In this document: in pieces, positions 61,543-64,000 of the stretch
How positions within the stretch are numbered: position 1 is the first letter of the stretch
Layout: every line of letters begins with the position of its first letter
NCBI GenBank assembly: GCA_041611735.1
Contig: JBFIML010000005.1
Coordinates: 1-64,000, forward strand
Direction of reading: 5' to 3'
From: Myxococcota bacterium
GTDB lineage: Bacteria > Myxococcota_A > UBA9160 > PR03
DNA: 64,000 nt
Translations under genes and position numbers: made by a program
The notes under the pieces: generated by a model
What the model was told of the DNA's origin: nothing
Seen by the model: only the letters and a program-made list of their open reading frames with translations
The model's database searches: none

Positions 61543-62460
61543 ATGGGGGAACAGCGCGCCGAGCTCTGGGTGGGGGCCACCGTCCTGGCCGCCCTGGCGC
61601 TCTTCCTCTACGCCACCTTCCGGGTCGGCGGCTGCGCGTGGGTGGAGGTCCCGGGCCGCCGCCTGGTGGCGCGCTTCGACGACGCGGCCGGGGTCGAGCT
61701 GCGCACCGAGGTGACCGTGGCGGGCGTGCGCGTCGGCGAGGTGGAGTCCGTGCGCCTCGATGGCGGCCGCGCCCGCGTGACGCTCCGCATCGAGGAAACG
61801 GGCCTGGAGCTGCCGGTGGACTCCGTGGCGCGCATCCGCTCCCGGGGCCTGCTCGGCGAGCGCCAGGTGGAGATCGTCCCCGGCGGCTCGCAGCAGCTGC
61901 TGGGCGACGGCGACGTGCTGACCCGGACCGTGGATGCCGCCAACGTGGACCGGCTGCTGGACCAGCTGGCGGGGGTGGCCGACGACGTGAAGACCGTGAC
62001 TCGCACCTTGCGCCTGGTCCTGGGCGGCTCGGAGGGGGAGGCCCACCTGGCGGAGATCGTCCAGAACGTGCACGCCGTCTCCCAGGAGCTGCGTGGCTTC
62101 GTGGAGGACAACCGCGGCCAGCTGGCGGGCGCCATCGCGAGCTTCGACCGCTTCGCCGCCGAGCTGGCGCGCCTCACCGAGGAGAATGGGCAGACCCTCG
62201 ACCAGATGCTGGGCCGCTTCGCCCGGGTCTCCGGGGAGATGGAGACGGCGGTCGGGCGTCTCGCCGCGGTGAGCGAGCGCGTGGAGCGCGGCGAGGGGAG
62301 CCTGGGCAAGCTCCTGAACGACGAGGAGCTCTACGACTCCGCGCGCGACTCCCTGGCCGAACTGCGGGAAGCCCTGCGGGAGGTGCGTCGCGCGGCCGAG
62401 GACGCCCAGGAGCAGCTCCCGGTCACCGTGCTGGGCTCGATGGTCGGGACGCTCTTCTGA
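61543..62460 (+). CDS. mlaD: MlaD/MCE-domain protein with long helical extension
   Basis: VAGVRVGEV, GLLGE, GSLGKLLND.ELY. Confidence 0.9.
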   Translation: MGEQRAELWVGATVLAALALFLYATFRVGGCAWVEVPGRRLVARFDDAAGVELRTEVTVAGVRVGEVESVRLDGGRARVTLRIEETGLELPVDSVARIRSRGLLGERQVEIVPGGSQQLLGDGDVLTRTVDAANVDRLLDQLAGVADDVKTVTRTLRLVLGGSEGEAHLAEIVQNVHAVSQELRGFVEDNRGQLAGAIASFDRFAAELARLTEENGQTLDQMLGRFARVSGEMETAVGRLAAVSERVERGEGSLGKLLNDEELYDSARDSLAELREALREVRRAAEDAQEQLPVTVLGSMVGTLF

Positions 62461-63875
62461 TGGAGGGGCCCGCCCGGCGGCTCGTACCCCTGGTGGCGGG
62501 CCTGCTGGCGGTGCTCGCCCCGGGCGGCCCGGCCGCGGGCTTCGAGCTCTGGCCCCTGGTCGTCGGCGACGAGCGTCCCGTGGCCGGGATCGCGCGCCGG
62601 CGCGCCGCCGGCCCGCTCTTCGAGTCCTTCGAGCTGGCGGACGGGACGCGCGGCTGGATGCTGCGGCCGCTGCTGGGCGGGCTCGAGGCGGGTGGGCGCT
62701 CCCGGCTCGAGTTCCTCTACCCGCTCGGCGCCTTCCAGCGCGGCGAGCCGGGCTGGAGCCTGCGCGTGACCCCGCTCCTCGACATCCAGGGGGGCGGCGG
62801 CGACGGACCGGAAGCGGCCGACGGTACCGGGACGCGCCGCTCCGCCTGGACGGTCGGGCCCGCCTTCGGCGGCCGCACTCCGCAGGGGCAGCGCTACGGC
62901 GGCCTCTTCCCGCTGGGTGGCGTGGCCCGCGAGCGCTTCGGCCTGGCGCGCCTCGACTTCTGGCTGTTCCCCCTCTTCGCCCGCGCCCGCCATCGCGACG
63001 GGTTCGAGCGCACCTATCTGTTGTGGCCGTTCCTCTCCTGGGGCCACGGCGGCGGTCGCCGCCTGCTGCGCATCTGGCCCTTCTACGGCCACGACGTGAA
63101 GCAGGACCGCTTCGAGCGTCGCTTCGCAATCTGGCCCCTGGTGCACTGGCGCAACGAGGACCCGGGCGGACCGGGCCAGCGGCAGGTGCGGCTTTTCCTG
63201 CCCTTCTACGGCGAGAGCCGTTCCGCCCGCGCCCGCTCGCAGTTCGTGCTGGGTCCCCTCCACCTGGCCAGCGAGAACCAGCAGACCGGCGAGCGCTCCC
63301 GGGCCTGGTTGTGGCCGCTGGTTCGCTTCGCCCGGCGGCCGGCCCGCGACGGCTTCGCCGGGTCGCGGGAGCTGCGCGTCGAGCCCTTCGTGCGCCGGGT
63401 GAAGACGCCCGGCAGCACGCGCACGCGGTTCGCCCTGGGCGCCGTCGAGCGGTACGTGGCCGAGGACGACGACGGCACTCGCAGCGGCTGGCGCCTGCTC
63501 TGGATCTCACGCTTCGCCCACGAGCGGCGCGCCGACGCGAGCGAGGGCTGGAAGCGCGACCTCTGGCCCGTGTTCCGATACCGCGCCGAGCACCCCGCCG
63601 ACGCGCCGCCCCGGGGCCGCCTGGCGATCCCCTGGCTGCTGCCCGTGGGCGGGGAGGGCTTCCAGCGCCACTGGCTCGACGCCGTCACGGTCTACGAGCG
63701 TCGCTGGAGCGACGCAGAGTCCCGCAACGACTGGCTGTGGGGACTCGTGCGCAGCCAGGCGACTCCGTCCGGGGTCTTCCACGACGTGGCCGGCGTGCTG
63801 CGCTGGGAGCGGCCGCGCGCGGACGCTGGAGCCGTCGTCGGCGGCCCCTCCGCCCCGCAAGCGCAGGTCGATTGA
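62460..63875 (+). CDS. Hypothetical aromatic-rich exported protein
   Basis: Coupled to mlaD; signal peptide; recurring (L/I)WP(F/L) and LFPL motifs. Confidence 0.75.
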   Translation: MEGPARRLVPLVAGLLAVLAPGGPAAGFELWPLVVGDERPVAGIARRRAAGPLFESFELADGTRGWMLRPLLGGLEAGGRSRLEFLYPLGAFQRGEPGWSLRVTPLLDIQGGGGDGPEAADGTGTRRSAWTVGPAFGGRTPQGQRYGGLFPLGGVARERFGLARLDFWLFPLFARARHRDGFERTYLLWPFLSWGHGGGRRLLRIWPFYGHDVKQDRFERRFAIWPLVHWRNEDPGGPGQRQVRLFLPFYGESRSARARSQFVLGPLHLASENQQTGERSRAWLWPLVRFARRPARDGFAGSRELRVEPFVRRVKTPGSTRTRFALGAVERYVAEDDDGTRSGWRLLWISRFAHERRADASEGWKRDLWPVFRYRAEHPADAPPRGRLAIPWLLPVGGEGFQRHWLDAVTVYERRWSDAESRNDWLWGLVRSQATPSGVFHDVAGVLRWERPRADAGAVVGGPSAPQAQVD

Positions 63876-63926
63876 CGCGAACCGGGGCCGCCGGTACACC
63901 TGCCTCGTCCCATCGAGGAGGTTGCG

Positions 63927-64000
63927 ATGGCCCCCCGGACCCCGCCGCGCCGCGTGGCGCGCGCGCTGCTCTCGGTCTCCGACAAGATGGGCCTCGTGGA
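63927..64000 (+). CDS. purH: Bifunctional AICAR transformylase/IMP cyclohydrolase (5' end only)
   Basis: GAGGAG RBS; RALLSVSDKMGLV. Confidence 0.85.
   Translation, partial: MAPRTPPRRVARALLSVSDKMGLV

Overview
High-GC bacterial DNA; the gene content (PEP-CTERM/exosortase, several HtrA paralogs, cysteine-rich secreted proteins) suggests a Myxococcota/deltaproteobacterial-type genome, which is an inference. The window has two parts. (1) 41.7-64 kb is intact core genome: tRNA-Thr(CGT), class IV aminotransferase, trpS, a sulfotransferase, an LtaS/sulfatase-fold + EpsI-like + exosortase operon, clpB, a sigma70, three HtrA proteases, galK, thiSGE, mlaEFD + an unknown gene, and the start of purH. (2) 1-41.7 kb is a stacked, decaying accessory zone. 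It holds a ~19 kb integrative island at tRNA-Thr (att repeat 22664-22711 / 41733-41780, tyrosine integrase at one end, excisionase-like gene at the other, TGCTTCCG arm repeats at both ends) that carries an IS110 element with a structured 5' non-coding (bridge-RNA-like) region and a partly broken light/photo-oxidative stress module. Left of it are an older integrase remnant, a five-gene cluster of uncharacterised secreted proteins, a tmRNA 3'-end att scar, three toxin-antitoxin modules with damaged toxins, two PEP-CTERM genes and a run of degenerate attC-like sites suggesting a relic integron cassette array. All calls were made by eye from motifs; no searches were run.
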